A DNA stretch of 64,000 nt from Eledone cirrhosa (GCA_964016885.1 OZ024742.1:319920001-319984000); one strand, 5' to 3'. Counted from the stretch's first letter, positions 38,147-50,463 are shown. A program made the numbers and translations. The notes: generated by a model from the sequence alone, not told the origin.

Positions 38147-38435
38147 GTACAAAGTCCGAATCTTCATAGCGGCTACTAGCCACATTTTCCCTCTATAGAG
38201 GTATTTTATAGGATTTTGCAAGCTATTATTTATAGCAATCACTATGGTTATTTTCTGCGTTTGAGATTTCTACATTTTCTAAAAATATATATATTTATTC
38301 GTGTATGTTTGAATATTATATATACAGAGAGAGACAAAGAAAGAATTGTTAGAGTGTTCCGGTTCTCTATTCAATGTGGGAGTCGGACTCCGCCAACGGT
38401 GCGTACTGTCACCTCTCCTGTTCATTATTTACATA

Positions 38436-38850
38436 GGGCGGTGAATTGGCAGTATCGGTAGAGGGTCGGACATGCTTTCCAGCATAGTTTCGTCCCTTTA
38501 CGTTCTGAGTTCAAATCCCGCCGAGGTTAACTTTGCCTTTCATCCTTACGGGGTCGATAAAATAAAGTACCAGTAATGCACTGGTTAATTGCTGGCCTTG
38601 TGCCAAAAGTAGAAACAATTATTTACATAGGGCGGTGGATTGGCAGTATCGGTAGAGGGTCTGACGCCATGCTTTGTAGCAAAGAGTTACGGCCCTTTAT
38701 AGTCTGAGTTCACATCCCCTTACGGGGTCGATAAATAAATAATAAATAATTGTTTCTACTTTAGGCACAAGGCCAGCAAATTACCCAGTATATTAAAATA
38801 ATACACTGGGATAATTGCTGGTCTTGTGTCAAATGTGGAAACAATTATTT
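38436..38850 (+). mobile_element. tRNA-derived SINE cluster: full copy 38436-38620, deleted copy and tail fragments
   Basis: TGGCAGTATCGGT A-box, GTTCAAATC B-box, and the same core and tail as the 31466-31660 copy. Confidence 0.85.
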
Positions 38851-38855
38851 ACATG

Positions 38856-39150
38856 AACAGGATTGACATGCGCAGCCGGGTTGGAAATGGTATCATGACT
38901 GGCGGGTGTAAAATCAGTCGGCTGGAATTTGCAGACGACATGGTGTTACATAACTCAACAGAAGGTGATCTCCGATTTGCACTCGATAGGTTCCATGCAG
39001 AGTGTTGCATGGCTGGAATGGAAATCAGTGCTGCGGAACCTGAGACACACGTCCTCACAATGGTGCCTGCGCAGTGCACTTTACGTGTAAAAAGAGATCC
39101 ACTGAAGCAGGTAGAAAATTTCAAGTATCTCGGGGCCGTGTTCACCGCAT
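38856..39150 (+). pseudogene. LINE reverse transcriptase fragment
   Basis: LEFADDMVL...GMEIS...LKQVENFKYLG. Confidence 0.75.
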
Positions 39151-39480
39151 ATTAGCAGACTGCCTGATCAGTCATATCTGCATATTAGCAGAACCACTGT
39201 TCAGCATATGCAAATCAGACCGATCAGTCACTATATATTCCAGAAAATATTTTCACTAGCTTTGACAGTTGACAGGTAAGCAGTATACGGTACTGATGAA
39301 GGGTAATCACCCAGAAACATTAGTGTCTCAGTTCTGTTTATATGACAACACAAGAGCAAGAATGATGGAGTCATTCTACTGACGTGGCTTAAAGAGGCTG
39401 TTTGCATAATTGCAAATGAATCGAATATTATTATTAATATTCGAAAAACTCAGATTTACATTTCTTATATATATATACAA

Positions 39481-39811
<331 letters not shown>

Positions 39812-39840
39812 ATAACTTGTGTGTTACACCTCTATTCTTT

Positions 39841-39931
<91 letters not shown>

Positions 39932-40536
39932 GGTGGCTGCCAACTCGTTTTCGAGTATGGCCACTACTTTATATCCATGTAGGAGAACTCCTACCGATGC
40001 GCTGAACGAGTGTGACTTTTTAGTCCAGCCAGCGACTTGAAAACTCTGGTACAAACACTACACTTGTGACAATTATTGACACATAGTGCTGGGCCCATGG
40101 TACCATGTGACGACAAGTGCAGAGAGATCTCCAGATATAAAGCAATGCCTGTGCCGTGAAGCTTTTATAGTGAGCAAAGGCACTGCACAAAGCCAGTCCC
40201 ACTCTCTTAACCAAGATGATATTTACCAAAAAGAAGAACATGTCATCATCATTGGATACCATCAGAGTTGCAGGTGTTATATCAGAGTTTTCCTTCTCCT
40301 AGAATTCTCCCTTGACAAAGGCCAAGGGGTCATCTCTCCCGGTGATTTTGGATGGCCATTGACTCTTAAGAGCTCCTTTGCCCTTTGACAGGTTTTGTTT
40401 TTAGTCCTGCAGGATGTCCAAAGTCACCCTCCTCACCAAGAAACATTGGTGGGGTTGCCAGTTCAGTCGCCAACGACCCGGCCATGAGACAGGTTGTACT
40501 GGGATACATGTTACCAATAACACCAAGTGGTGACCT

Positions 40537-40539
<3 letters not shown>
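39932..40539 (-). mobile_element. ~610-bp non-autonomous RTE-derived retroposon, copy A
   Basis: Reverse complement of 40688-41293; its 3' end is shared with the RTE fragment at 42071-42473. Confidence 0.8.
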
Positions 40540-40570
<31 letters not shown>

Positions 40571-40687
40571 ATACTCCTGCAGAACCTTCCACATCATATA
40601 TAGATATGCTCATGTATGTATGTATGTATGTATGTATGTATGTATGTATGTATGTATGTATGTATGTATGTATGTATGTATGTATGT

Positions 40688-41293
40688 GTCAGGTCACCAG
40701 TTGGTGCTACTGGTAACATGTATCCCAGTACAACCTGTCCCATGGTCGGGTCGTTGGCGACTAAACTGGCAACCCCACCAAGGTTTCTTGGTGAGGAGGG
40801 TGACTTTGGACATCCTGCAGGACTAAAAGCAAAACCTGTCAAAGGGCAAAGGAGCTCTTAAGAGTCAATGATCATTCAAGATCACCGGGAGAGATGACCC
40901 CTTAGCCTTTGTCAAGGCAGAATTCTAGGAGAAGAAAAACTCTGATATAACACCTGCAACCCTGATAGTATCCAATGATGTTGACTTGTTCTTCTTTTTG
41001 GTAAATATCATCTTGGTTAAGAGAGTGGGACTGGCTTTGTGCAGTGCCTTTGCTCACTATAAAAGCTTCACGGCACAGGCATTGCTTTATATCTGGAGAT
41101 CTCTCTGCACTTGTCGTCACATGGTACCATGGGCCCAGCACTGTGTCAATAATTGTCACAAGTGTAGTGTTTGTACCAGAGTTTTCAAGTCGCTGGCTGG
41201 ACTAAAAAGTCACACTTGTTCAGCGCATCGGTAGGGGTTCTCCTACATGGATATAAAGTAGTGGCCGTACTCGAAAACGAGTTGGCAGCCACC
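40688..41293 (+). mobile_element. ~610-bp non-autonomous RTE-derived retroposon, copy B; truncated copy C at 41419-41771
   Basis: Same 5' start (GTCAGGTCACCA) as copy A. It ends CGAGTTGGCAGCCACC and is flanked by (ATGT)n/(AT)n. Confidence 0.8.
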
Positions 41294-42070
41294 ATGTATA
41301 TATATATGTATGTATATATATATGTATGTATATATATATGTATGTATATATGTATGTATATATATATGTATGTATATATATATATGTATGTATATATGTA
41401 TGTATATATATATGTATAAGGAAAACTCTGATATAACACATGCAACTCTGATGGTATCCAATGATGTTGACTTGTTCTTCTTTTTGGTAAATATCATCTT
41501 GGTTAAGAGAGTGGGACTGGCTTTGTGCAGTGCCTTTGCTCACTATAAAAGCTTCACGGCACAGGCATTGCTTTATATCTGGAGATCTCTCTGCACTTGT
41601 CGTCACATGGTATCATGGGCCCAGCACTATGTGTCAATAATTGTCACAGGTGTAGTGTTTGTACTAGAGTTTTCAAGTCGCTGGCTAGACTAAAAAGTCA
41701 CACTCGTTCAGCGCATTCTCCTACATGGATATAAAGTAGTGGCCGTACTCGAAAACGAGTTGGCAGCCACCATGTATGTATGTTCTTCTGGTTTTATAAT
41801 TTCACAAAGTTTTACCAATAGACACAAGACTCTCTCATTGGAATTTACACAACATCAACTAGGTAGATATGTATATATGCATGCATGTGTAGATATGGAT
41901 GTGGATGTTTTGAGTTGTATGTGTGCATGTGTATGTATGCTTTGTATCTGTACATGTGTATATGCACTTATTAGATGCAAAATATTTGGAATGTTTTACA
42001 TATTTTTATTGTTCCATTAATGGATTGTACTTGTAGTTTCCTAACAAGCTGTGTTCTTGTATGTATGTAT

Positions 42071-42473
42071 GTCCGGAATGGAATCCATGTTGGCCTTCCC
42101 GAAGGCACTGACAGACGGCCTGACCTGACATGTGGGACCTGTAATAGGGTTTGTCTGAGCATGGCAGGTCTAAAGAGTCACCAGAGAGTGCACAAGAACA
42201 GGGAAGCAGGCACCTGTAGAGCTATAAGTGTTCATCAGACGACGACATGTGATGTTTGTGGAAGGGTATGCAGGTCGAGTAGTGATCGCACACGACACCT
42301 TAGGTCACATGGTGCCATGGGCCCAGCACTAGGTGTCAATAATTGTCACAAGTGTAGTGTTTGTACAAGGATTTTCAAGTCGGTGGCTGGACTAAAAAGT
42401 CACACTCGTTCAGCGCATTCTCCTACATGGATATAAAGTAGTGGCCGTACTCGAAAATGAGTTGGCAGCCACC
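42071..42473 (+). mobile_element. 3' fragment of an RTE LINE encoding three C2H2 zinc fingers, with (ATGT)n/(GT)n tail
   Basis: CGTC..GLKSHQRVH, CDVC..RHLRSH and CSVC..GLKSHTRSAH, similar to the C-terminus of the 44485..47364 ORF. Confidence 0.78.
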
Positions 42474-42489
42474 ATGTATGTATGTATGT

Positions 42490-42542
<53 letters not shown>

Positions 42543-43615
42543 GCACGTATGCATGGAGAGAGGTATGAATGTATATAAATCCACTAGATGATATATAATT
42601 ATCACGAGACAAACTTTGGTGTTTGTTGTTTTATTCCGTCAACGCGGCTTTCTGTCTCTCTATTGTTCTGTCGTCAGCTGCTTACCGTGATATCTACACA
42701 CACACACACGCACACACACACGCACGCACGCACGCACACACACACACACACACACACACTGACACTGACACACACACGCACACACACATGCACACGCGCA
42801 CACACACACACACACACTGACACTGACACACACACGCACACACACGCACACACACGCACACACAAACACACACACGTACACTCACACACACACATACACG
42901 CACAAAGATTCATTAACGCACACAGTTTTAACATGCTTACGCATATACACACGCTCATACATATATACACAAACATACATACTCATATTCAGTAGAACAT
43001 GCAAACACTCGCAGAGACACATTATATACGCACAAACATACTTATATACGCACATATAATGGTTTCTGATTTCGGCACAAGACCAACAATTTTTGAGGGA
43101 GGAGGAAGTCGATAAAATCGACCCCAATGCGTTACTGGTGCTTTATTTTATCGACCCAGTAAGGATGAAAAGCAAAGCTAACCTCGCTGGCATTTGAACT
43201 AAGAACATGAAGGGGAGGTAACTCTTTGCTTCATAATATCTTAGCTGACGCTCTGCCGATACTGCCAATCCACCGCCTCACATAAGACACATACACAGTT
43301 TCATTAATATATACAAATAACTACTGGCACTCACACACACAGCTTTACCACATCACACACTAAAATGCTCGCACATTCTTTCTCTAAGAAACGCACACAC
43401 GCATACACAATGAAATTACTGAAATACAAACACGCACACGCCCGCATACATATATAACTGCATTACACACACACCCACACATATATACACACAATACATA
43501 CATACAAACATACATACACGCATGCATGCATACATGTCAATATAGAAACAGATAAACATGTGCATACATGCATATATGCATATACAAATACATACATACA
43601 TGTACATACATACAT

Positions 43616-43687
<72 letters not shown>

Positions 43688-43986
43688 GTACACATACATA
43701 CACAAATACGTACAAAAATTATATATATATATATATACATGCACATGTACATACATGCGTACATACATACATGATGGCTGCCTCCTCGTTATCGAGTATG
43801 GCCATTGCACGAGAAGAAAAAAAAATAAGAATAATAATAATAATAAATAAATAAAAATAAATAAATAAATAAAATAAAATAAAATAAATAAAATATATAT
43901 ATATATATATATATATACATACACATATACACACACACACACTCACACACATATACACACACACATACATTAATAACAATAATAAT

Positions 43987-44174
43987 AATTGTTTCTGCTT
44001 TAGGCACAAGGCCAGCCATTACCCAGTGCATTACTGGTACTTTATTTTATCGACCCCGTAAGGATGAAAGGCAAAGTCAACCTCGGCGGGATTTGAACTC
44101 AGATCGTAAAGGGACGTAACTATGTTGGAAAACATGGCGTCCGACCCTCTACCGATACTGCCAATCCACCGCCC
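43987..44174 (-). mobile_element. tRNA-derived SINE; other copies at ~43060-43278 (-) and 49231-49418 (+)
   Basis: Reverse complement of the 38436-38620 family. Confidence 0.85.
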
Positions 44175-44175
44175 T

Positions 44176-44243
<68 letters not shown>

Positions 44244-44398
44244 TTTCTTTATTAACCACAAGGGTTTACATAAAGTAGACATTAAGGACAGTGCAGGACA
44301 ATGCAGGACGGTACAAATGGGCATTTCTGCGTGTAAAAAACAAAAACAGAGGATGTAACAAAAATAACAATGAAAATAACAATGAAAAATTCCCCAAT
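44244..44398 (-). mobile_element. Short Tx1-type 3'UTR fragment with an adjacent (ATT)n tract (44175-44241)
   Basis: TTTCTTTATTAACCACAAGGG...GGACGGTACAAA...CGTGTAAAAA...ATAACAAT resembles the 3'UTR at 1341-1460. Confidence 0.6.
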
Positions 44399-44440
44399 AT
44401 ATATATATATATATATACACACACACGCACACACATAAGC

Positions 44441-44478
<38 letters not shown>

Positions 44479-44484
44479 TAGCAA

Positions 44485-47400
44485 CTAACAGCGCTGCGAT
44501 CGAATGTGGCTTTTTAGCCCAGCCAATGATCTAAAATGTCTTGCACAGAGTCGGCAACCAAAACATTCACTGGGAATAGTCGGCTGTGGTTGGAGTTCGT
44601 GTACTTTTGCATGTCGCTTGAGCCCTCCTGCTGATTTACATTCTCTACCACATGTTTGGCAAGCATGATGAGTAGCATCTCCAACAGCAGCCTGGTAGTC
44701 AACCACTGGTCTTACTTTATGACTGTGAAGATGACTTTCGAGTCCAGCTTTGCTTAGGCAGAGTTTCGCACATACGCTGCATGTCAGCACCATAGGAGGA
44801 CCCTCGCCGTCTGGAAGTGCAACAGCAATGCCCTTCCTCACATCCCGCTTTACTTTCTCGTATGCGATTCGAGAAGCCTCAAAGGCAACTTTTCCCTCAT
44901 ATACAGTCTTTCTCCATTTATTACGATCAGCAGCAATATTCTCCCATGTATCAGCAGAGATGTTAGCGTCTTTCAGAGAGGCTTTCAAGGAATCCTTATA
45001 CCTCTTTTTTGGTTTATGTGGCAGTCGTTTTCCTTTAACCAACTCTCCATAAAAGAGTTGTTTTGGTATTCTAGAATCCTTCATCCTGGCAAGGTGACCA
45101 CTCCAACGGAGTCGTTGCTTAAGCACAAGAGCTTCTATACTGTCACACATAGAGCTTTCCAAAATCTCGACATCACTGATGTGGTCCCTCCAGTGAACGC
45201 CATGGATCCGTCTGAGACACATCTGATGGAAACGCTCCAATTGCCTAAGGTGGTGTCGATATGTGACCCAGGTCTCGCAGGCATAAAGAAGACAAGAGAG
45301 CACACATGCCCTGCACACCTTTACCTTTGTCCTCCTGCATATGTCTCGCCGACCCCAGAGTCGCCTTTCTAGCTTTCCGAAAGCATCACTTGCTTTCCCA
45401 ATCCTAAGTGAGATTTCACTGTCAAGGTTGCTGTATCGATTGACAGTGCTTCCCAGGTAGACAAACTGATCAACCACTTCAAGTCGTTTGCCATACACAT
45501 AGATGTTTGGTTCAGTGTACTGCTTACCAGGGGCAGGTTGGTACATGACGACGGTTTTCTTGAGACTGACAGTCAGACCTAGGGCAGTGCAAGCGTCAGA
45601 AAATGCATTCAAAATGTGCTGCATATCACTCTCTGTGTGCGCTACAAGATCGCAATCATCTGCATACAAGAGGTCTCTTATGATTGATGTAAATACTTTT
45701 GTCTTCGCAGCAAAGCGCCTGATGTTAAATATGCTGCCTGAGGTTCGATATCGGATGTAAACACCATGCTCGCAATTCCTGAATGCAATACAGAAAACCA
45801 TTGCAAAGTATATGGCAAACAGGGTCGGTGCTGGAATATCCCCCTGTTTCACTCCATTTTTTACTGAGATAGGCTCCGACATGTTACCCCCGACATTAAC
45901 CCAAGGCTTCATGTCGTCATGGAAAGACCTAACTAAAGCAAGGAACTTATCAGGGCTACCAAGTTTCTGGAGAACCTTCCATAATGCATCTCTGTTAACA
46001 GTATCGAAAGCTTTTGTCAGATCGACAAAAACTTGATACAGATCCAAGCCTTGTTCCATGCACTTCTCCTGGAGCTGTCTAGCTGAGAAGATCATATCAG
46101 TAATGCCGCGTCCAGCACGAAAACCAGATTGACTTTCAGGAAGAACACAATCTGCAATGTGTGTCAGCAGACGGTCCAGAAGCACCCTACATAAAACTTT
46201 CCCTACGACAGAAAGCAATGATATACCTCTGTAGTTCCCACAATCGTTCCTGTTACCCTTTCCCTTGTACAAGACCACCATTACTGCATCTCTCCAGTCC
46301 TCAGGTACGGATTCATTAGCCCATATCCTGCCAAACAAAGAGTGAAGATGTTGCAGGAGTCTCTCACCACCATATTGTAGGAGCTCAGCATGTATGCCAT
46401 CCATACCTGGAGATCTTCCACTGTTCAGCTTCGAAATAGCCACTGCAACCTCCACAAGCGTCGGAGGTTCTGCGAGAGCTACTTTCACAGGACTTTCTGG
46501 AATGAGATTGAGGAAATCTTCACTGACGACAGACGGCTGATTCAAAAGATCATCAAAGTGCTCTCGCCACCTTCGTAGAATTCCTTGTGAGTCACGAAGA
46601 AGTTCTTTGCCATCCCTGCTGCGAAGCGGTGTCACCGGAGAAGAAGACGGTCCATAAACCTCACGCAAGAGACTGTACAACAGCTTTGTGTTATTGGAAT
46701 CAGACGCAGTTTGTATCTCACCAGCCTTCTCACTCCACCACTGATCCTTTATCTGAGAAAGACTCCGCCTAACACATGATTTTACATCCCTGAGTTCCTC
46801 ATGCAACGTATTCCTCTCCTGTGGTTTTGTCGTCAAGTAGCGTGACAGAGCACGCCTCTTATCAGCCAACAAGTCTTCTATATGTACATCATTCTCATCA
46901 AACCAGTCCTGATGTTTCCTCTGCGCCAATCCCAGAACACGCCTGCCTACATCATAAACCGACTTTTTAAGGGTCGGCCAATCCTCACCAAGATCTGCAG
47001 CCTGCATCTCTTCTTCCAATGTCCTCTTCACATTTTTATCCTTAAGACGAGCAGCATTCAATCTTTTGGGCAGGGCAACACCAGGAGCCCGGATTTTACG
47101 TTTAGTGATTAGTTTCACTTTTGCGCGTACCAGGCGGTGGTCCGTCCAGCACTCAGTTCCACGAAGAACACGAACACAGTGCACATCCTGTCTGTCACGC
47201 ATCCTGACTAGGACGTAGTCCAAAAGATGCCATTCCTTAGATGCAGGATGCATCCATGTGGTCTTGAATTTGTTCTTTTGTTGGAACATGGTGTTGGTAA
47301 CACACAGATCCAGCTCCTCACACATCTGCAGCAGGAGCATACCATTGCTGTTACACTTTCCCACCCCATGCCTTCCGATTACATTCCATGTGTTAAAATC
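44485..47400 (-). CDS. RTE ORF: endonuclease C-part, RT and three C-terminal C2H2-type fingers (uninterrupted)
   Basis: HLLDY, TDH, SPGMDGI, NYRGISLLS, FVDLTKAFDTV, GVKQG, LLYADD; CxxC...H motifs at the end. Confidence 0.92.
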   Translation of the reverse strand, partial: DFNTWNVIGRHGVGKCNSNGMLLLQMCEELDLCVTNTMFQQKNKFKTTWMHPASKEWHLLDYVLVRMRDRQDVHCVRVLRGTECWTDHRLVRAKVKLITKRKIRAPGVALPKRLNAARLKDKNVKRTLEEEMQAADLGEDWPTLKKSVYDVGRRVLGLAQRKHQDWFDENDVHIEDLLADKRRALSRYLTTKPQERNTLHEELRDVKSCVRRSLSQIKDQWWSEKAGEIQTASDSNNTKLLYSLLREVYGPSSSPVTPLRSRDGKELLRDSQGILRRWREHFDDLLNQPSVVSEDFLNLIPESPVKVALAEPPTLVEVAVAISKLNSGRSPGMDGIHAELLQYGGERLLQHLHSLFGRIWANESVPEDWRDAVMVVLYKGKGNRNDCGNYRGISLLSVVGKVLCRVLLDRLLTHIADCVLPESQSGFRAGRGITDMIFSARQLQEKCMEQGLDLYQVFVDLTKAFDTVNRDALWKVLQKLGSPDKFLALVRSFHDDMKPWVNVGGNMSEPISVKNGVKQGDIPAPTLFAIYFAMVFCIAFRNCEHGVYIRYRTSGSIFNIRRFAAKTKVFTSIIRDLLYADDCDLVAHTESDMQHILNAFSDACTALGLTVSLKKTVVMYQPAPGKQYTEPNIYVYGKRLEVVDQFVYLGSTVNRYSNLDSEISLRIGKASDAFGKLERRLWGRRDICRRTKVKVCRACVLSCLLYACETWVTYRHHLRQLERFHQMCLRRIHGVHWRDHISDVEILESSMCDSIEALVLKQRLRWSGHLARMKDSRIPKQLFYGELVKGKRLPHKPKKRYKDSLKASLKDANISADTWENIAADRNKWRKTVYEGKVAFEASRIAYEKVKRDVRKGIAVALPDGEGPPMVLTCSVCAKLCLSKAGLESHLHSHKVRPVVDYQAAVGDATHHACQTCGRECKSAGGLKRHAKVHELQPQPTIPSECFGCRLCARHFRSLAGLKSHIRSQRC

Positions 47401-47589
47401 TTCTTTTCGGGTTATAGCTACTGTCGCTCAGAGAGTGGGATTGGCTCAGTGCACAGTCTTTCCTCACTTTAAAAATACTCGTCACGCACAGGCATTGCAC
47501 AAGTGCATTAATAATTGTTGATAGTGTACTATTATTATTATTATTATTACTATTATTATTACTTTTTTTTTTTTTTTTTTTTTTTTTTC

Positions 47590-48257
47590 ATTTCAATGAT
47601 GTTCCAGAACAATATAAAAGAGATAATTGGCAATTTAGGTTCTGGAACAAAAAAGATCATTGGCAATAAGGGCAGGGGCCCCGGGTTATCACAGCCTGGG
47701 CCCGCTCGTCATCGTGCCATTGTAATAGAGCCAAACAAGGCATTTAGTCTTGGCTGCTGGAACGTACGGACGCTGCTTGACAGGGATTCCTTGGGGCGTC
47801 CTGAACGAAGGACCGCTCTTGTTGCAAAGGAGCTTCGACGTTACGATCTTGACATCGTGGCTTTATCTGAGACGAGGCTAGCTGGAGATGGTCATCTTAC
47901 GGAATTTTGTGGAGAATATACATTCTTCTGGAAAGGAAGAGATGAAGGAACCAGAAGAGAGGCTGGGTAGGATTTGCTGTTAAGACTGTGCTTGTGAACA
48001 AATTAGAAGAATTCCCAGTAGGGATTAGTGAGCGTCTTATGTCCATGAGAGTTCCGCTGGACAAGGGAAGATATGCTACCCTGGTGAGTGTGTATGCTCC
48101 AACTATGAGTTCTGTCGATGAGGAAAAGGTGTCCTTTTACCAAGCCTTGAAAGGTGTTTTAAGAAATATCCCTCAAGCAGACAAAGTCATCGTGCTTGGT
48201 GACTTTAATGCTAGAGTGGGTAGGGATTTTAACACATGGAATGTAATCGGAAGGCAT
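47590..48257 (+). pseudogene. Inverted N-terminal AP-endonuclease part of the RTE ORF, one in-frame stop at 47968
   Basis: CWNVRTL, ALSETR, G*GFAV, SVYAPT and LGDFNARVG. Confidence 0.9.
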
Positions 48258-48431
48258 ACATACATACATGCATACATACATACATACATACATACATACA
48301 CACACATACATACATACATACATACATACATACATACATACATACATACATACATACATACATGCATGCATACATACATACATACATACATACATACATA
48401 CATACATACATACATACATACATACATACAT

Positions 48432-48827
48432 GGTGGCTGCCAACTCGTTTTCGAGTACGGCCACTACTTTATATCCATGTAGGAAAACCCCTACCGATGC
48501 GCTGAACGAGTAACATTTTAGTCCAGCCAGCGACTTGAAAACTCTGGTACAAACACTACACTTGTGACAATTATTGACACATAGTACTGGGCCCATGGTA
48601 CCATGTGACGACAAGTGCAGAGAGATCTCCAGATATAAAGCAATGCATGTGCCGTGGAGCTTTTATAGTGAGCAAAGGCGCTGCACAAATCCAGTCCACT
48701 CTCTTAACCAAGAGATGACCCCTTAGCCTTTGTCAAGGCAGAATTCTAGGAGAAGGAAAACTCTGATATAACACCTGCAACCCTGATGGTATCCAATGTT
48801 GTTGACTTGTTCTTCTTTTTGGTAAAT
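48432..48827. mobile_element. Non-autonomous RTE-derived copy D with 5' inversion, inside (CATA)n
   Basis: 48432-48713 is on the minus strand and 48711-48827 on the plus strand. The two parts are adjacent in intact copy B. Confidence 0.8.
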
Positions 48828-48878
48828 AACATACATACATACATACATACATACATACATACATACATACATACATAC

Positions 48879-48909
<31 letters not shown>

Positions 48910-49562
48910 CATACATACATACATACATACATACATACATACATTTACGATTGAACCACTGGCACAAACATAATTCACACACGCTCAGAACTAGAGACAT
49001 AGATAAATATATGTAACAATACATATATACACTAACTCATAGTGAAACAAACACATGCAACTAAACAACGAAGGCGTTTCTACAATTTTCTAGAAATAAT
49101 AGCTAAATCTCTTAATCATCCGGTATCGCATTAAAAGAACAATGACACGTTGAATGTTCTAGATACATTATGTTTGATAAATGCACTGGGATAATTGCTG
49201 GCCTTGTGCCAAAAGTAGAAACAATTATTAGGGCGGTGGCCTGGCAGTATGAGTAGAGGGTCGAACGCCATAGTTTCAGCATAGTTACGTCCCTTTATGG
49301 TCTGAGTTCAAATGCCGCCAAGGTTAACTTTGCCTTTCATCCTTACGGGGTCGATAAAATAAAGTACCAGTAATACACTGGATAATAGCTGGCCTTGTGC
49401 CAGAAGTAGAAACAATTATGTTTGAATAAAACACGGCGTCGTCACTGTGGAAATGAATTTGGAGACAAAAAAACGACCAAACACGTAGCTACACACATAT
49501 GCACACACACACACTCACATATATGTATATATATGTGTATATATATATATATGTATGTATAT

Positions 49563-49650
<88 letters not shown>

Positions 49651-49726
49651 TCTACATATACAGGCACGCACGCATGGAACTGGTCGCACACACACGGACA
49701 CACATACATACATACATATATACATG

Positions 49727-49765
<39 letters not shown>

Positions 49766-49768
<3 letters not shown>

Positions 49769-49864
49769 GGGAAAAGTATGACCCAGACGACAGAGCTCAA
49801 GCCGTTTCGACGACTGCCGTCAAAACGGCTTGAGCTCTGCCGTCGGGGTCATACATTTTCCTAT
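49766..49864. repeat. ~99-bp near-perfect GC-rich palindrome
   Basis: ~49-bp arms with a few mismatches and essentially no spacer, flanked by TA. Confidence 0.9.
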
Positions 49865-49939
49865 TACCCACTCTACTACCCTAAATATTTAATACTCTGG
49901 TGCGTTATGGTCCATCTGGTTCCTTACCACAACTCCTTC

Positions 49940-49993
<54 letters not shown>

Positions 49994-50352
49994 GTTTATA
50001 TATATAACAATCTGGAGAAATAAAAGACGGGATGGTCGTGGCTGAACTTGATTTAATCATAGGTTTACTCGTTCATAACTGACTTATGACTTATGGTACG
50101 TAAATGGATCTCCAGCAGTTTTCACGATGAGTGTTCGATCATCTGAACTGTCTATTAGTGAAACTGCCTGAGTATTACACTCACACGTGAAACATACATG
50201 TACACATGTAGTCTACTATATTCACTACTGTATACGTGCATACGTACATGCATACATACATAATACACGCCTTCATACATATATACATCCATCCATACAT
50301 ACATATATACATAGATACACACATATGCATGCATGTATATGTGTGTATATAC

Positions 50353-50393
<41 letters not shown>

Positions 50394-50463
50394 TGTCTAT
50401 CTATCTAGGGCGGGTAAAATTCCCGAGAATATATATATATACATATATATACACACACATACA

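Larger units (their letters stand above)
44477..48257. mobile_element. Near full-length RTE-clade LINE with inverted 5' segment (- strand 44477-47400, + strand 47401-48257)
   Basis: The endonuclease N-terminus on + ends DFNTWNVIGRH, and the minus-strand ORF resumes DFNTWNVIGRHGVGK. 33 bp are duplicated. Confidence 0.92.

Noticed and set aside
38436-38530. tRNA gene
   Set aside because: A and B boxes are present but there is no cloverleaf. It continues into the SINE core and is multi-copy.
41975-42436. Host C2H2 zinc-finger gene
   Set aside because: It matches the RTE C-terminus and ends in the retroposon 3'UTR and tail.
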